Positions 26,831 through 40,420 of a stretch of 64,000 nt of DNA are shown piece after piece (position 1 is the stretch's first letter; each line of letters begins with the position of its first letter). The stretch is taken from the NCBI RefSeq assembly GCF_009914755.1, contig NC_060934.1. The stretch is one strand, 5' to 3'. The DNA is from the human T2T-CHM13v2.0 reference genome, Homo sapiens. The notes beneath the pieces were generated by a model that saw nothing but the letters and a program-made list of their open reading frames with translations, was not told where the DNA came from and did no database searches. A program made the position numbers and the translations under genes.

Positions 26831-27693
26831 GGAAACTGCCTTTGCAAAAATGGTAACAGGGAGAAAATTATGACAGTGAAAGAGATCTGACCTAACCAAC
26901 TCCATCTTGCCTTTAACCTCTAAATTGCCCTTAGTCATTCCTGGGCATGGGCCAAGCTAACTTTGGGAGACATTTAGTTTATAGTTTACATGATAATAGT
27001 CCTTCCCAGAAACTAAACTGCCTTTGTAAAACTAATGAAAGTCCACCAGGTTAGGAGGCTGAGAAGCGCCTGAATATTGCTAAGACTCCTGTCTTGGGGT
27101 CTGGATTGCGACCTCTTTCTGGTAATATAACCTCAGACCAGATGTCTTCCTATTGTCAATGGAGAGGCAGCATGATGCAGTAGAACCTACTATGGCTGTG
27201 AAGTCAGACCCAGGTTTGAGTCTCAGTCCCTCTGCTTAGTATTACACAACTTAGGCTTAAACAATTACCAGTCATTGTTCTAGAGGTTACAAGAGCTGCA
27301 ACTTCTCTAATTATTTTTGTAATTAACATCACTATTTCAGAACCTAAGATTTGCTTTTTAAGGTGGTTCTACAGACTTTTGCATTTCTGACAACCTGATG
27401 ACTCCACCCAGGCCAGGGACTATTCTGTGGCTCCAACTCAGAAGCACACTCAGTCCAGAAGGACCATTTTCCACACCTTATCAACCAATCAGCAATTTTC
27501 CTAGCCCTCTGCCTGCCAAACTGTCCTTGAAAAGCCCTAGCCTCCACATTTTGTGGGAGGCTGATCTGAGTAGTAATAAAACTTTAGTCTCTCGTTTAGC
27601 CAGCTCTACATGTATTAAACTCTCTCTATTGTAACTCCCCTATCTTGATAAATCAGCTATATCTGGGCAAGATGAACCCATTGGGTGGTTAGA
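26831..27693 (+). mobile_element. LTR8-family (HUERS-P1) solo LTR with an internal ~170-bp foreign insertion
   Basis: GAAACTGCCTTTGCAAAA start, 'gagatctgacctaaccaactccatcttgc', end 'gaacccattgggtggttaga'. Interrupted at ~27085-27257. Confidence 0.85.
27085..27257 (+). repeat. Local duplicate of 28394-28564 (MER41 3' end plus downstream flank)
   Basis: 27093-27256 aligns to 28401-28562 with 21 substitutions and a 2-bp indel over 162 nt (~87%). Confidence 0.92.
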
Positions 27694-27829
27694 TAGGTCC
27701 ACAAGGAATTATAACTATGCTGATGCATGTATACTCCAAAGAGACTACTTAGAACTATCTCACAAAGTTATATTCAATATATAAAGACCCACAGCCTCAG
27801 ATTTATACATCATGAAAACTTATTGATTT

Positions 27830-28435
27830 TATCAGAGGCATTCGAACCAAAGAGACTCCGTTATGAAGAGGGGCTGGGAAAAATAAGGCTAAGACCTATT
27901 GGGCTGCATACCCAGGAGATTAGACCTTCTCAGTCACAGGATGAGAAAGGATGTTAGCTCAAACTACAGGTCACAAAAACCCAGCTGTTAAAACAGATTA
28001 CGGTAAAGAAGCTGCCAAACAAAATCTGCCCAAACCAAGATGGTGAAGAAAGTCACCTCTGGTCATCCTCAGTAGTCATTATTCACTAATTATAATGCAT
28101 TAGCATGCTAAAAGACACTCCCACCAGAGCCATGACAGCTTACAAATGCCATGGCAACATTTGGAAGTTGCCCTATATGGTCTAAAACGGCAGGGAGGAA
28201 CCCTCAGTTCCAGGAATTGCCCGCCCCTTTCCTGGAACACTCATGAGTAATCTACCCCTTGTTTAGCGCATGATCAAGAAATAACTGTTAAGTATACTCA
28301 GTTAAGCAGCTCATGCCACTGCTCTGCCTATGGAGTAGCAATTCTTTATTCCTTTACTTTCTTAATAAATCAATTCTTGTACAAGGGTCAGGAACCCTCT
28401 CTTGGGGTCTGGATTGGGACCCCTTTCCGGTTACA
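27830..28435 (+). mobile_element. MER41B solo LTR
   Basis: 'tcagaggcattcgaacc...ggggctggg...catgctaaaagacactcccacc...ctcttggggtctggattgggacccctttccggttaca'. Small deletion after AATAAA. Confidence 0.9.
28208..28237. promoter_or_regulatory. Tandem GAS (STAT) motifs in MER41B
   Basis: TTCCAGGAA (28208-28216) and TTCCTGGAA (28229-28237) both fit TTCCNGGAA, at the positions of the MER41B STAT1 sites. Confidence 0.6.
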
Positions 28436-31400
28436 TAACCCCAGACCAGAGGCCTTCCTGTTGTCAACGGTGAGGCCACACGATGCAGTAGAGCCTACTA
28501 TGGCTGCGGAGTCAGACCCAAGTTTGAGTCTCAGTCTCTGTTTCGTATTACACAACTTAAGCCTTTACATGAGAAAAAATATCTGACAAATAAAGTTGGA
28601 GTACTTGAGTACAGATACTAAAGGAACTTTATCTCGTATTTTCTCAGTCAGTGGTATAACTGGGTTTCACCTATTCAACATAAAATGTATTTTTTTTTTT
28701 AAATATTCTTTTTGGTCAATGTTTTGTTTCCTTGACCTGTTAAGACAACTGAGAACATCATTAATAATACCTATCAATGTAAAATGTTGTTTTGAATAAT
28801 TTATCTGTTAAATATATTTATTTAATATAATTATAATAAGAATTTTAAAGATATATAAGATATACAAAATGCTGTAAGAAAAATAATTAAGTAATACAAT
28901 TGGAGTAAAAAAGTAACATCTTAGGTTAAGTAATTGAAATAAGTATTGAGGATATTTCTGCAAAATTACCAAAGTTGTTCATAATTTTCATAATTCGTGC
29001 TCTTGTTGATTTATTACATAACAACAGTATTTTAATTGTCCAAGGAGAGAAACAGATTTTCTTTGTACTAATGTCAGGACAAAAATAGAAATCACAAAAT
29101 CTCAAAAAGGAAAAACTAAAGATGTCTTATGTTTTTCATGACTACCATTTTACACCTCTGATGAAACTGAATCAAAATGGCCTCATCATTATTAGTCATC
29201 ATTTGTACACACTCTTACTACGCAAGCGGATTGAAAAGGTGTACGTGTAGAGTACTTACCCTAATCCTTCAAGGAATTTCTTACACAGAAGGGTAGAGAA
29301 TTGAGAACTGTTACATATTAGAGTGTTTGTATTGGAAATTTTGATACTGGTCTATAATTATCTATTTATCTATCCGTCATCTATCCATTTGTGCATATGA
29401 AAACATATGAACCTATATGGTATTAATAATTATTAAATAATAAGCTGTTTGTGCTACATTTTTATTTGAATGTCCTGAAAGAAAGTTTATCATAAACTCA
29501 CCTGAACTCTAAATAGCAAGAATCTTGGGGACATGAAAATTTTGTCTTTTCAAGTATTCGTTTCATGATTTTGTATACTCAACAAACGATGAAATTATAA
29601 CTTTAAAACAATTTCATGTGATTTTTTTGCATGAAAAAATTATATCTGAAATATATTGTTACATAGGAAATTAAATATGCATATATGAGGAATAAAATTA
29701 TGGTTGAAAAATATAAAGCCTAAGGCTCAGCCTCAAATCTGTTTAAGTGTACTGACACAGAAATGTCTTAGGCACGCAGAGAAGGACCTATAGCACTTTT
29801 AAAACTTGAGCATATTATTTAAAATATAATTTATTATTACTAAAAGAGAATGTTATTTCAAATCTTTATTTTTATAAAAACTCCACAAATCCCCCTGCAA
29901 AACAGCATTTTATACATTAAAAAGTATAAAATGGTAAAATTATTTTTATTTTTAGTATTTTAACATATTCAGTAGCAAATAGTAGTAAATGCCTACTTTG
30001 CCACAGCTTTATGATAAATGCTATTCATATACTCGTGGATGAAAGAGAGTTTTTTCATTTTTTCTGGAGCCAGGAGCAAGAGATAAATTAAGCAAGTATG
30101 ATAAGCAGTCATGTGTTTATATACACATAACATATATGTGTATCATAAATTGCAAATTACAGTTATATATTTCTTCTTTAATAATATTTGATTTCCTTAA
30201 ACATGTTCCAGTTCTGAGTTTTTATTTATAAATTTTATTCATTACTACCTTGATTTCATAGACATTATTCTATTTCTGTACCTTTTTCCATAAATTTCTA
30301 TTTCGGATTCTATTTCAATGGATTTAAAACATTATAATACCACTAAAATACAATTCTCCTAACTTTCACTGAAGCTATTGTTACCCAAATTTTATTTTAA
30401 TTTCTATTTTGTTGCTCCAATGTTATAAAAGCTATTTCTTCTGTAATTGAAGCACAAGCCTCACTTCAGAAACACATAAAAGAAAATTGATTTTCATCCT
30501 GAAAATGTCAAACTTCTGCCTATAATACTCAGCTATGGTTTTCTGAAACAACAAAGTTCAAAAAGAGCCATCGACCTGATGGCCCTTTGACACACAATGA
30601 TGGATGCAATGTGTCTACTACTTTACTGCCAGAATGTTCTCTCCAAGAGAATGAAACAATCAATGAAGAATAATAAATCTAAACTGGGTAGAAGGTTTGC
30701 TTGTTTTAAATGTATTAAAAGAGAAACAACAGGTATTTCACTTCTCTAGGGAAAGACTTTTATTTACTACTTGATTAACTATTTTCTCTCCGTCTAGCTT
30801 ATGTGAATCCAACATAACATATATCTGCTTAAAGACATTGAGCAATGCCTGGAAATTTAATTCCATACACAGTTCTTGAACTTACTGTGAAATATAGATG
30901 TAATGTATTGTTATTCTTCAAAGGAGAAGGAAAAAATTATAAAGGAGGATACCACTTTACTCACCCTAGTGTCGTGTCCTTTTGTCAACCTCTAGGTCTG
31001 TCAACTTCAACTGTTTCTAGGGAATGATGTTTCCATTTTCCTGTAGAATAGAGTTATTGATCAATACCACATCAAAATCAAAGTCGTTACTCTAGTGCAA
31101 AACATAGGAGCAATTCATTTTCTTACAGATTATGATTATATTAAGATTTCTTGTGCTTAAAATAAATTCTTGCAAATTATCAAAAGTAAATGAGTAAAAG
31201 ATTGCAAGAATCTTAAATATAAGTTTGGAAGTGGAAGACTTAAGTCTAATTTAAAACTTAACTCTTAGAATGCATATCTATGCCTCAGGTTATATTCTTT
31301 ACCCAGGAAATGAAAAACCACTTCCACCTGCATATTTGGTATGACCAGAGTCTGCCATTTCACCAGTCTTAACAACGAAGCACTGCATAAATTCTCCTTA

Positions 31401-31458
31401 AATGACACTTCAAATATATGATGTTTTATGATATGGTGTACATATTCAAGACAATTAA

Positions 31459-31798
<340 letters not shown>

Positions 31799-33644
31799 AA
31801 TACAGCACTTTTGGATTTCAAAATTTTATACTATACCATTATTATTTTATACCAATAATTTTATTATTGCCACAGGGGCACAGCTTTTGTATTTATGCTT
31901 TGTCAAAGTAGAAATAAATTAATTTTATGATGATGTAATATAAAATTGAAGTTATAAAAGTTGTTAAGAAATTTTAACATTGGTATCTTTCTACTGTGTT
32001 TTGATTTCAAAGTTAGAGAACATGTCTCAATTATTCACATCTCTCATGTACATGTCAAGAAATAGGTACAGAAATAGATGGAAATAGCTATATTTTGTTT
32101 CAAACACATAAACATGTAGAATATAAAATTGACAGATGCATTTAATTTATGGAAAACAAAACAATGATTTATTTCTTACAACCAAAGTTTGGTTGTGATC
32201 TGCTGAATAAGTGGAAATAATTAGAAAGAATTGTTATTTTACAATGGTTCTAAGGTGAACTACATTAAATAACATCCTGAAAAAGGAGATGAATATTTAT
32301 AAAAATCTAGCGCATATAAATTAAAATTTTAAAATACTTTCTTTTCATAGATATATAAAGATCTCTACATAAAATAAAAATTAAGAAATGCATACAAGTC
32401 AATTTTTATAATACTTTGGGGATTAATGTATATCTATCTTAAAGGAGAAAATAAATAGTACTATATTCAAAATATAAAAACAATAAGCAGTGTATTCAGC
32501 ACTTTTTCACAATAAAATTTAAGCTTAATAGCAATATGTAAAACATAGCAGCAAATCCTTTCCAGACAAATTATGGATGAGGTGTGATGGGATCTTCTAA
32601 ATATTTGCCACCACCACCCCTATCCCCGACCCCAAGCCCAGTGTGGCCCCTTGGTAGCATATGAGACAATTTTATACAACTCCAAGTTTCCATAGAACAA
32701 ATTTGGAAAACTCTTGATATAAATCATTTTTAACATTCTTTAATAATGAAAGCTATAAAATGGATATTGCAAAGACTTAAGTAAAATTTTCTCAATTTGT
32801 TTAATCAACAATAACCACAATAGGAGGAAAGTTTATGCAGTGACCTCCTGACTGGACATTAGCTCTGAGTGTAGCATCAAACACCAGAAATAGCTAGATA
32901 TTCCCCTAGGGGTTCTGTACATTTGTGAACAGTGCTGAACCTTCAATTAGCCTCATTCTAAGGAAGGCATTTTGCACTGTGCTTTGTGTCGATTTAGTAA
33001 TACAGTGGGTGGCTTATGATTTCTGAGTCATCATTACACATTTCATAAAATATAGCAGAAATTGTAGATTTAAAAATTAACACTTAAAGCATTTAATGCC
33101 TTCAGGTCAGGGGATAAAAGATGAATGAAAGATTATCTTTTATGTGTACAGTATATGTAATTATGATTATATAAGAATTAATTTCATGTGATTGTGCACG
33201 CATTTTATCAATATAGTTCCAAAGACCAAATTATTACTTAAATGCTGACTTTTAAATCATTTCTGATACTCTAGATTTGGGGAGTTATAAATTAGATCTT
33301 AAATAGAGAGTGTAGGATTTCAATTAAACAAATAATTTATGTTTATAAAGATTGGAAAATAGGATAAAAGTCATATCTTAGAGTGAGTACCAACTCTCTG
33401 TGGTATTTCACTTATTGTGAATCTTAATTTTTAAAAACTTGTTTTTCTAGATTGATATTTCAACAGTACCGTTCTGGAGTTCTACCTAATACCGAAAATA
33501 AACATTTTTAACCGCTCTTAACTACTTCAATATTAGCTAGAATAAATAAGAAAAGAAGAGATTCTATTAATTTAAAGCATACAATTTCCCACGGATTGCT
33601 TTGGAAATGTGTGGTATAATGAACCTAAACTAGTATTAAAATGT

Positions 33645-33722
33645 AGTCATTGCACAGTGTATATATATTTGAAAACGTCGTGTTGCACACAGTAAACACA
33701 ATTTTATCTGTCAATTAAAAAA
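33645..33722 (+). mobile_element. L1MA 3'-terminal fragment
   Basis: 'cacagtgtatatatatttgaaaacgtcgtgttgcacacagtaaacacaattttatctgtcaattaaaa'. Confidence 0.6.
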
Positions 33723-34523
33723 TCAATTGCTAAGAAATACATTGTTTCCTTTAAAAAATGTGTTATTCATGATTAATCTCTATGTTGTAGTAATACAGTA
33801 TTTAACCAACAAGATTCATTATTTAACTACATTTCAACCCTTTAAAGGTGTCACTAAATGTGCAACAGCAGAAAGGTTTATACTGTGATCTAATTGAACA
33901 CCATTCCACCTTCAACCAAACCTGAATAATCAATTAAAATTTATTAACATAAAAGCAGGTTTTATAAAAGGCAGTTTCAGTCTTCATAACCACTATCCAC
34001 AAAAGGGCAATACTTTGATTTGTGAAGCCATAATTAAACACTAGAGAACTACAAATTGATACAAATATGAAATTACGTCATATGTTGCTATGTAAGTACA
34101 AGGGTGGTTGTAGGCATTTATATTACTAACTGCCAATTATCAGAGGTAATTACAATAAACAAAAAACAAATATGCACCTAGGTGTGAAGTGGAAATAGCA
34201 AACATTAGTATAATTAATTGAATTTTGAAAATCCTTAAGGATACCAAAATTAATGTGATTTAAATAATAAGAAGATTTACCTTTCTACATAAATAATGTT
34301 ATTAACCATTAGTAGACATAAAATTCTATGAGTCAAATTCCATAGACTGTTACTTAAATTTACTGATAGAATAAAGGAAGGAAGGAAGGAAGGAAAGGAG
34401 GAGGAAGGACATTAAGTAGGCAGTGAGGGAAGGAGTAGAAGAGAACTTGATGCTTTACAGTGCTACAGATTTTTTAATTTGAACCTACTTGAATTTTGAA
34501 TGTTTTATTGTTGTTGATGTGGG

Positions 34524-34832
34524 TTTTGTTTTATTTGTTTTGCTTTTTGGTACAGTGTCTCACTCACTCTGTGACCCAGGCTGAAGTACAGTGGCATCAT
34601 TATGGCTCACTACAGGCTTGACCTCCTGGGCTCAAGCAATCCTCCTGCCTCAGCCCCCCAGGTAGCTGAGAATACAGATGTATGCCACCATATTGGCTAT
34701 TTAAAAAAAAAAATTGCAGAGACAAGTCTTGATATGTTGGCCAGTTCTGTTTCAAACTCCTTGGCTCAAGTGATCCTCTTGGCTAAGCCTCCCAAAGTGC
34801 TATGATTACAGGAATGAGCCACCGTGCCAGCC
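34524..34832 (-). mobile_element. AluJ
   Basis: Antisense Alu: 'ttgacctcctgggctcaagcaatcctcctgcctcagc', 'cctcccaaagtgctatgattacagg'. Confidence 0.88.
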
Positions 34833-34986
34833 TTAAAGGTGTCTTAAAGCTGGAGAGATGATAATACCACTACCACCCCCTTTTCCGAATGAAGGAAAAG
34901 AGAAAAATGTGCTAAGAAATTTTTTAAAATGTGATTCCTAGTAGCAGGTATATGTACAGGGCACACTGGTAGAAAGCATAATTGAT

Positions 34987-35316
<330 letters not shown>

Positions 35317-35319
35317 TTA

Positions 35320-35700
35320 GTATATTTTCTTTTTTGGATTCCAGGATACCTCACTTCCTGATGTATCTCCTACATTTCTGGTTCCTTTTTTGCTGGTCCT
35401 TTCTCATTTCTCCATCTCTCAATAATAGAATGCCCTAGGGCACTGACCTTAACTTTCTTCTCATTTCTACATATAATAATATTCTAGCTGTTTTTATTCA
35501 ACCTATGGAATTAAACATCATCTAAATCTCAAAAACACCAAAATTAGCATGTCAGTCTACTACCCTCCAGCTTTTTCCTTCACATCTAATTTAAGGTCTG
35601 TAGTCATGTCAAAATTAATATGGCCAATGCCAAGCTACTGATTCTTACAGCTCTTCTACTCTGTATAAATAGCAATTCTATTATTTCACCAGCTTAGGCC
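35320..35700 (+). mobile_element. L2 fragment (RT region, decayed)
   Basis: 'ttggattccaggatacc...tcctac...tttgctggtcc...gaatgccctagggc' resembles the L2 GVPQGS region. Confidence 0.55.
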
Positions 35701-37689
35701 TAAATGATGCATTCATACACATGAAGCCTCAAAGTTAAAATTCACTATTTCTTGAATCTTTTTCATCCAACATTTCTATGTTCATGATATAGTCCCAAAG
35801 TCCTAATGACTCATAAATTGTGTTATTATTCTTTTCATCCTTCTAGTAACTTCATTCAGCTTAATGAAATCCCCACTTATTTTAGGCCACGATAATATAA
35901 GGCAGTGGAGGGGATTAAAATTAAAAAAACAACGACATAAAAGAAAAATGGAAAGAAATTTAAGATAATAAGGAGGGGGCCATCCTACTCTGCTATTTGG
36001 CATTTGACCAAGTTCTTTGCCTAATTACACTTTAATTTTCATATTTATATAGTAAGTATTTTGGTATGATTTCTAATATGTCTTTCAGATCTGTGATTCA
36101 AGACTACACAATTTTATGTCAGAAGTTGATACTGACTTCAAGAATTAATATTAGTCATTTGGTAGTAGATTGTTACATTAATAAGGATTTGATTAGTGAT
36201 CTAGAAAAAAAATGCTATGTTCAAGATGTTGAATGGCTAAATAGTAGTGATGTACGCCAAACAATGTTCACATCAGCAGTATATTTAACCAGAAAAGAAA
36301 AAAAAATCAATGCCAACAAGCTTTTATTAAAAATGCCTTCTTCAAACCAATAAATAATTTCAGAAATATGTTGGATATTACATTTCAAAACTTTTAGAAA
36401 CAATAACATAAACTCTTCCTGGTTGCTGTGGAATGGATTTTATGACCACTTATCTTTATGTAAATCTAGAGATTTTTTCAAAAGATTAAAGTATTGTGCT
36501 TGCTTTTCTCAACACCATAAATAATATAAAATATAAATTGTCAAGAGAATAAATTTATATTTCATAAAAATGTCAGTATTAATAGGGAACCTTGACTGAC
36601 AAAAATGAACACCTAAACAGAAAAAGAAACTCTTACTCACTATAATTATTTATTGGCATTATTTCTTAAACGTAAGTACTCCTCTAATTAAAATATTGCA
36701 GCTTTTTTTTCAAGATAAAAGTACAAAAGTGTACAAATAAAGGCATGACCTTTGATTTTTGAATTTTTTTTCTGAGTAAAAGATAGGGCATAATATCCTA
36801 GAAACAGCTAAGAGAACAGTGTTTTGTTCAAAACTAAAGTGATTAATAAATGACTTGAGAAAGCTTACTATTTTGCATAACAAGATGTGCAATGAATGGC
36901 CACTTCAGAGCATTTGGATATTATAAATCATTATAACACCATTTTGAAATTTAAAAGGCCTTCTAATACTCAGCATGCTACAATAACTCCATGAAATTAT
37001 TTTTGGCATACTTCAAGAGTATGTATTTAGTCATTACATTTTCCTGCTGAGAGAGTTCACACAGAACACACTATTCTTTAAATTATGTTTTATAGAATAT
37101 TTATGGTATCATTAGGATGTAACAAAAAAACTAAAAAGTGCCCAAAGGAGAGATGGGGCCTATGTATGTTAAAACAAGGACAAAATTTAAATACATATAT
37201 ATCTATTACATATGTATTTCTTTTAGATTGTCTCTGCTTGAGAAAGCTGTTATTAGAAAAAGGGCACCATCTTTGAGAGTTGCAAGCACTTTTAGAAGTT
37301 CTAAAAGCCTTTTAAATGCAAAGGTCTACAAAAAAGGTTTGTTTTATGCAAATTTAAGCAAGTCAGCTGAATCATATTGCAAAGATGAATGGCTGCTTAT
37401 TTTGATTCAGATTTTAGGTCATTCTTTCACATACAAATGGCCATATAACTGTATTTGACTAATGCTGGGGACATGTATCAATTCTGCAAAAAATTGATTT
37501 TGCTTTGTAATTGGCAATTAAAAAAAACACTTTAGAATTCCTTGCCACTTTTTTTTTTAACCTCCAGGTAACATACTGAATCTTTACATTTAAATTGGCA
37601 AAGGTCCAATAAGGACTTAGAGAACTATTTTAAGTCATAGGGAGGGGAAGTGACAAAATAGGAATCCTTTGATTCTATATTAGAAAGAT

Positions 37690-37691
<2 letters not shown>

Positions 37692-37736
<45 letters not shown>
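37692..37736. repeat. (TG)n microsatellite
   Basis: ~22 uninterrupted TG units. Confidence 0.97.
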
Positions 37737-37746
<10 letters not shown>

Positions 37747-38615
37747 AGAAGGATGGGGGTTAGGAAGACTGTGCTTATAAACATCTTCTTTAAGATATGT
37801 AAAAATTTATATGCCCATTCATTGTTTTGCAACCTTCCCTGATTTCCCTAATCTCATAGAAAATCATAGTTAATTTCATAGGTAAAAATTAATATGACAT
37901 TGTTTAATTTGTAGTTTTTACATACATGTGTGGTTGAAAGCTTTAATGCATTTGCTTTTCTTAAAATTATCAACTTTCTCAATTTATCCGTTTAAAAAAA
38001 CTATTGTATAACTTTTTAGCATATAAAAAGTTATTAGAGATATTTATTGAGCCAGTATTCATGTTGTTTACATTTTTGCTAGATTCCTTTTCTTAGTTTG
38101 TAGTATGATTTCATTCTGCAGCATTTGACATAAATGTGAAATGTTTATATGTTAAAAATGTATCATTTTTCCTTTGCGTTTTTTCTTCCCTTAAACTGAA
38201 ACTTTACTCCTTAGTACAGATTTTTTGATGTTTCATTCATCTATCTATTTTCATATTAGAAAATTTATACCAATACATTTAATGTATATGAAATTGATTT
38301 TGATGTAAGGTAAGTGTTTATGGGTCCAAATATGAATTACTGCATTTCAAAGCTTTATTATTTCACACTTTATGGTACATTTTGCTGATCCATCATGGAA
38401 ACAAAAATATTCAATTTTATAGACAAAAGTAGATCTTTGCTATAAAAGTAGAATTATATTCTCAAATCCTTGATAATAGAATACTGTTGTATAACTATTC
38501 TTCATTACCATGACATGAAATCGATTTTAAATTGATAAATGCTTACTTTTATTTTTTGGAAGGCATCTTTTAGTTTGGAATTTAGATGTGAAAACTACTA
38601 CCAATTGAATACTGA

Positions 38616-38790
38616 TGCTAGCAACAGGAGACAGGCAAATTCCTAGGCAGAAAGGACTCAGGGTCCCCACTGAAACCCGATCTTGAAGGCAAGGACAATT
38701 TAAAGCCTGAAAACCAGGCTGCCAGTTCTGAAGAATCCACGACCAGAGTGAGAACTTCGATCCTCATCTTACCCACTCTCTCTAGATTTG
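38616..38790 (+). mobile_element. Truncated 5' LTR (LTR27-like)
   Basis: Matches the first ~175 nt of the 3' LTR ('aattcctaggcaga', 'aagcctgaaaac', 'gaccagagtgagaa', 'ttacccactctc') then runs straight into gag. Confidence 0.8.
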
Positions 38791-38794
38791 CTTA

Positions 38795-40420
38795 TAATTC
38801 AGCTTGGCCGAATTATAAACTGCAGGACAGAGAAGCTTGGCCTCCAGAGGAAAGTATTTTCACACTGTCCTGCAGCTGGACCTTTTCTGTAAATGAGATG
38901 GCAAAGTGTCCAAGGTCGCATATGTGCAGGCTTTCTTTGCCTTGCATGATATTCCAAAGCTTTGCCAACATTGTAGAATTGATCTAGCCCTCCTAGTGGT
39001 CATCTCAGGAGAGGCTGCAAACGGCAATCTCAAGGGACAAGGGAAGCAAATTCCAGAGCTGCCTCCAGCAGGTGAGTCCGGTTTCTCTGGTCCTGTTCCT
39101 CCTGATCCATCCTGTCCTCCCTATCCATGTTCTTTCTTAACTTGTCCCATCCTAGAAATCCTCATTTTAAGTGGGTCCCAGCCTCACTCATGCCCCTATA
39201 AGAGATGCCTTGTGAATATGGCCCTATTAAGGTTTAGGTCCCCTTTTCTCTACAAGACTTAAGACAAATTAAGGGGGATCATGTTAAGTTTTCAGACTAC
39301 CCTGGCAGGTATATAGCAGCTTTCCAGAATTTAACCCAAGCATTTGAAATCTCCTGGAAGGATGTTATGTTACTTTTGACTACCACTGAGAAGCAGGCCG
39401 ACTTACAAACAGCAGAGAAGTTTGGGGATGAGCTTAGTTTTCCATATAGTGCCAAGAAAGGGGAAGAACCTTATCCAATTGGAAAAACAGCAGTACCACT
39501 GGAGGACCCTAAATGGGACCCCAAAGAAGACACAGGAGAATGAAGAAGGAAGCACTTTCAGATGTGCATAGCAGAGGGCTTATGAAGGACTAACACTAAG
39601 CCTCTCAGTTACTCCAAACTATCCATGATAGACTAGGGATCAGATGAAAATTCCACTGCCATCCTGGAAAGGCTAAGAGAGTCCTTGGTAAAGCATGCCA
39701 CTCTACCTCCTGATTCAATCAAGGTACAACTAATCCTAAAGGATAAGTTTATTATTCAGGCAGAACCTGATATTAGGAGGAAGCTACAGAAACAGGCTAT
39801 GGGACCAGATAGTACTTTAGAGGTAGGTGAATCACAAGGTCAGGAGTTTGAGACCAGCCTGACCAACATGCTGAAACTCCGTCTCTACTAAAAACACAAA
39901 AATTTCCCGGGCATGGTGGTGTGTGCCTATAATCCCAGGTACTTGGGGGATGGCTGGCGCAAGAGAATCACTTTAACCCGGGAGGCAGAGGTTGCAGTGA
40001 GCCAAGATTGCGCCACTGCACTCCAGCCTGGGCAACAGAGAGACTCTGTCTCAAAAAAAAAAAAAGAAAAAGAAAAAAAAAGAAAAGAAAAAAGAAAAAG
40101 AAAAGAAAAGAAAACCTCCTGAAAATAGCCACCTCAGTCTTTTATAATAGGGCTCAGGAGGACACTCAAGAAAGAGGAGAGAGAAAAAGGCAGAGGTTCT
40201 AGTGGCTACATTGTAGGTTTGCAAACCCCAGAATCCCTGAGATGTACCTCTTAACTGCTATACGTGTGGCAGCCAGGGCACTATAAGAAGGACTGTGCAG
40301 GAAACATGGGGAAGCCACCTTAACCCTCTCCAGTCTGCAGTGGGGACCACTGTAGGGTGGACTGTCCCGGGAGATGCAGGTTACCGGGTACAGATAGTCT
40401 CCCAAATAGTCAAGCAGGAC
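38795..40420 (+). pseudogene. gag: ERV gag remnant
   Basis: WPNYKLQDREAWPPE, YVQAFFAL and LKDKFIIQAEPDIRRKLQK motifs; CCHC knuckle remnant near 40253-40300. Many stops and frameshifts; Alu insertion. Confidence 0.85.
39820..40111 (+). mobile_element. 5'-truncated AluS inserted in gag
   Basis: Begins 'gaggtaggtgaatcacaaggtcaggagtttgagaccagcc' and ends in an A/GAAAA tail; gag resumes at [14 protein letters not shown]. Confidence 0.9.

Noticed and set aside
30562-30588. Small hairpin AAAGAGCCATC-gacct-GATGGCCCTTT
   Set aside because: An 11-bp stem with a mismatch is expected by chance in 64 kb.
36066-37458. 95-106 aa ORFs in AT-rich unique sequence
   Set aside because: No recognisable domain or splice support; the lengths are compatible with chance.
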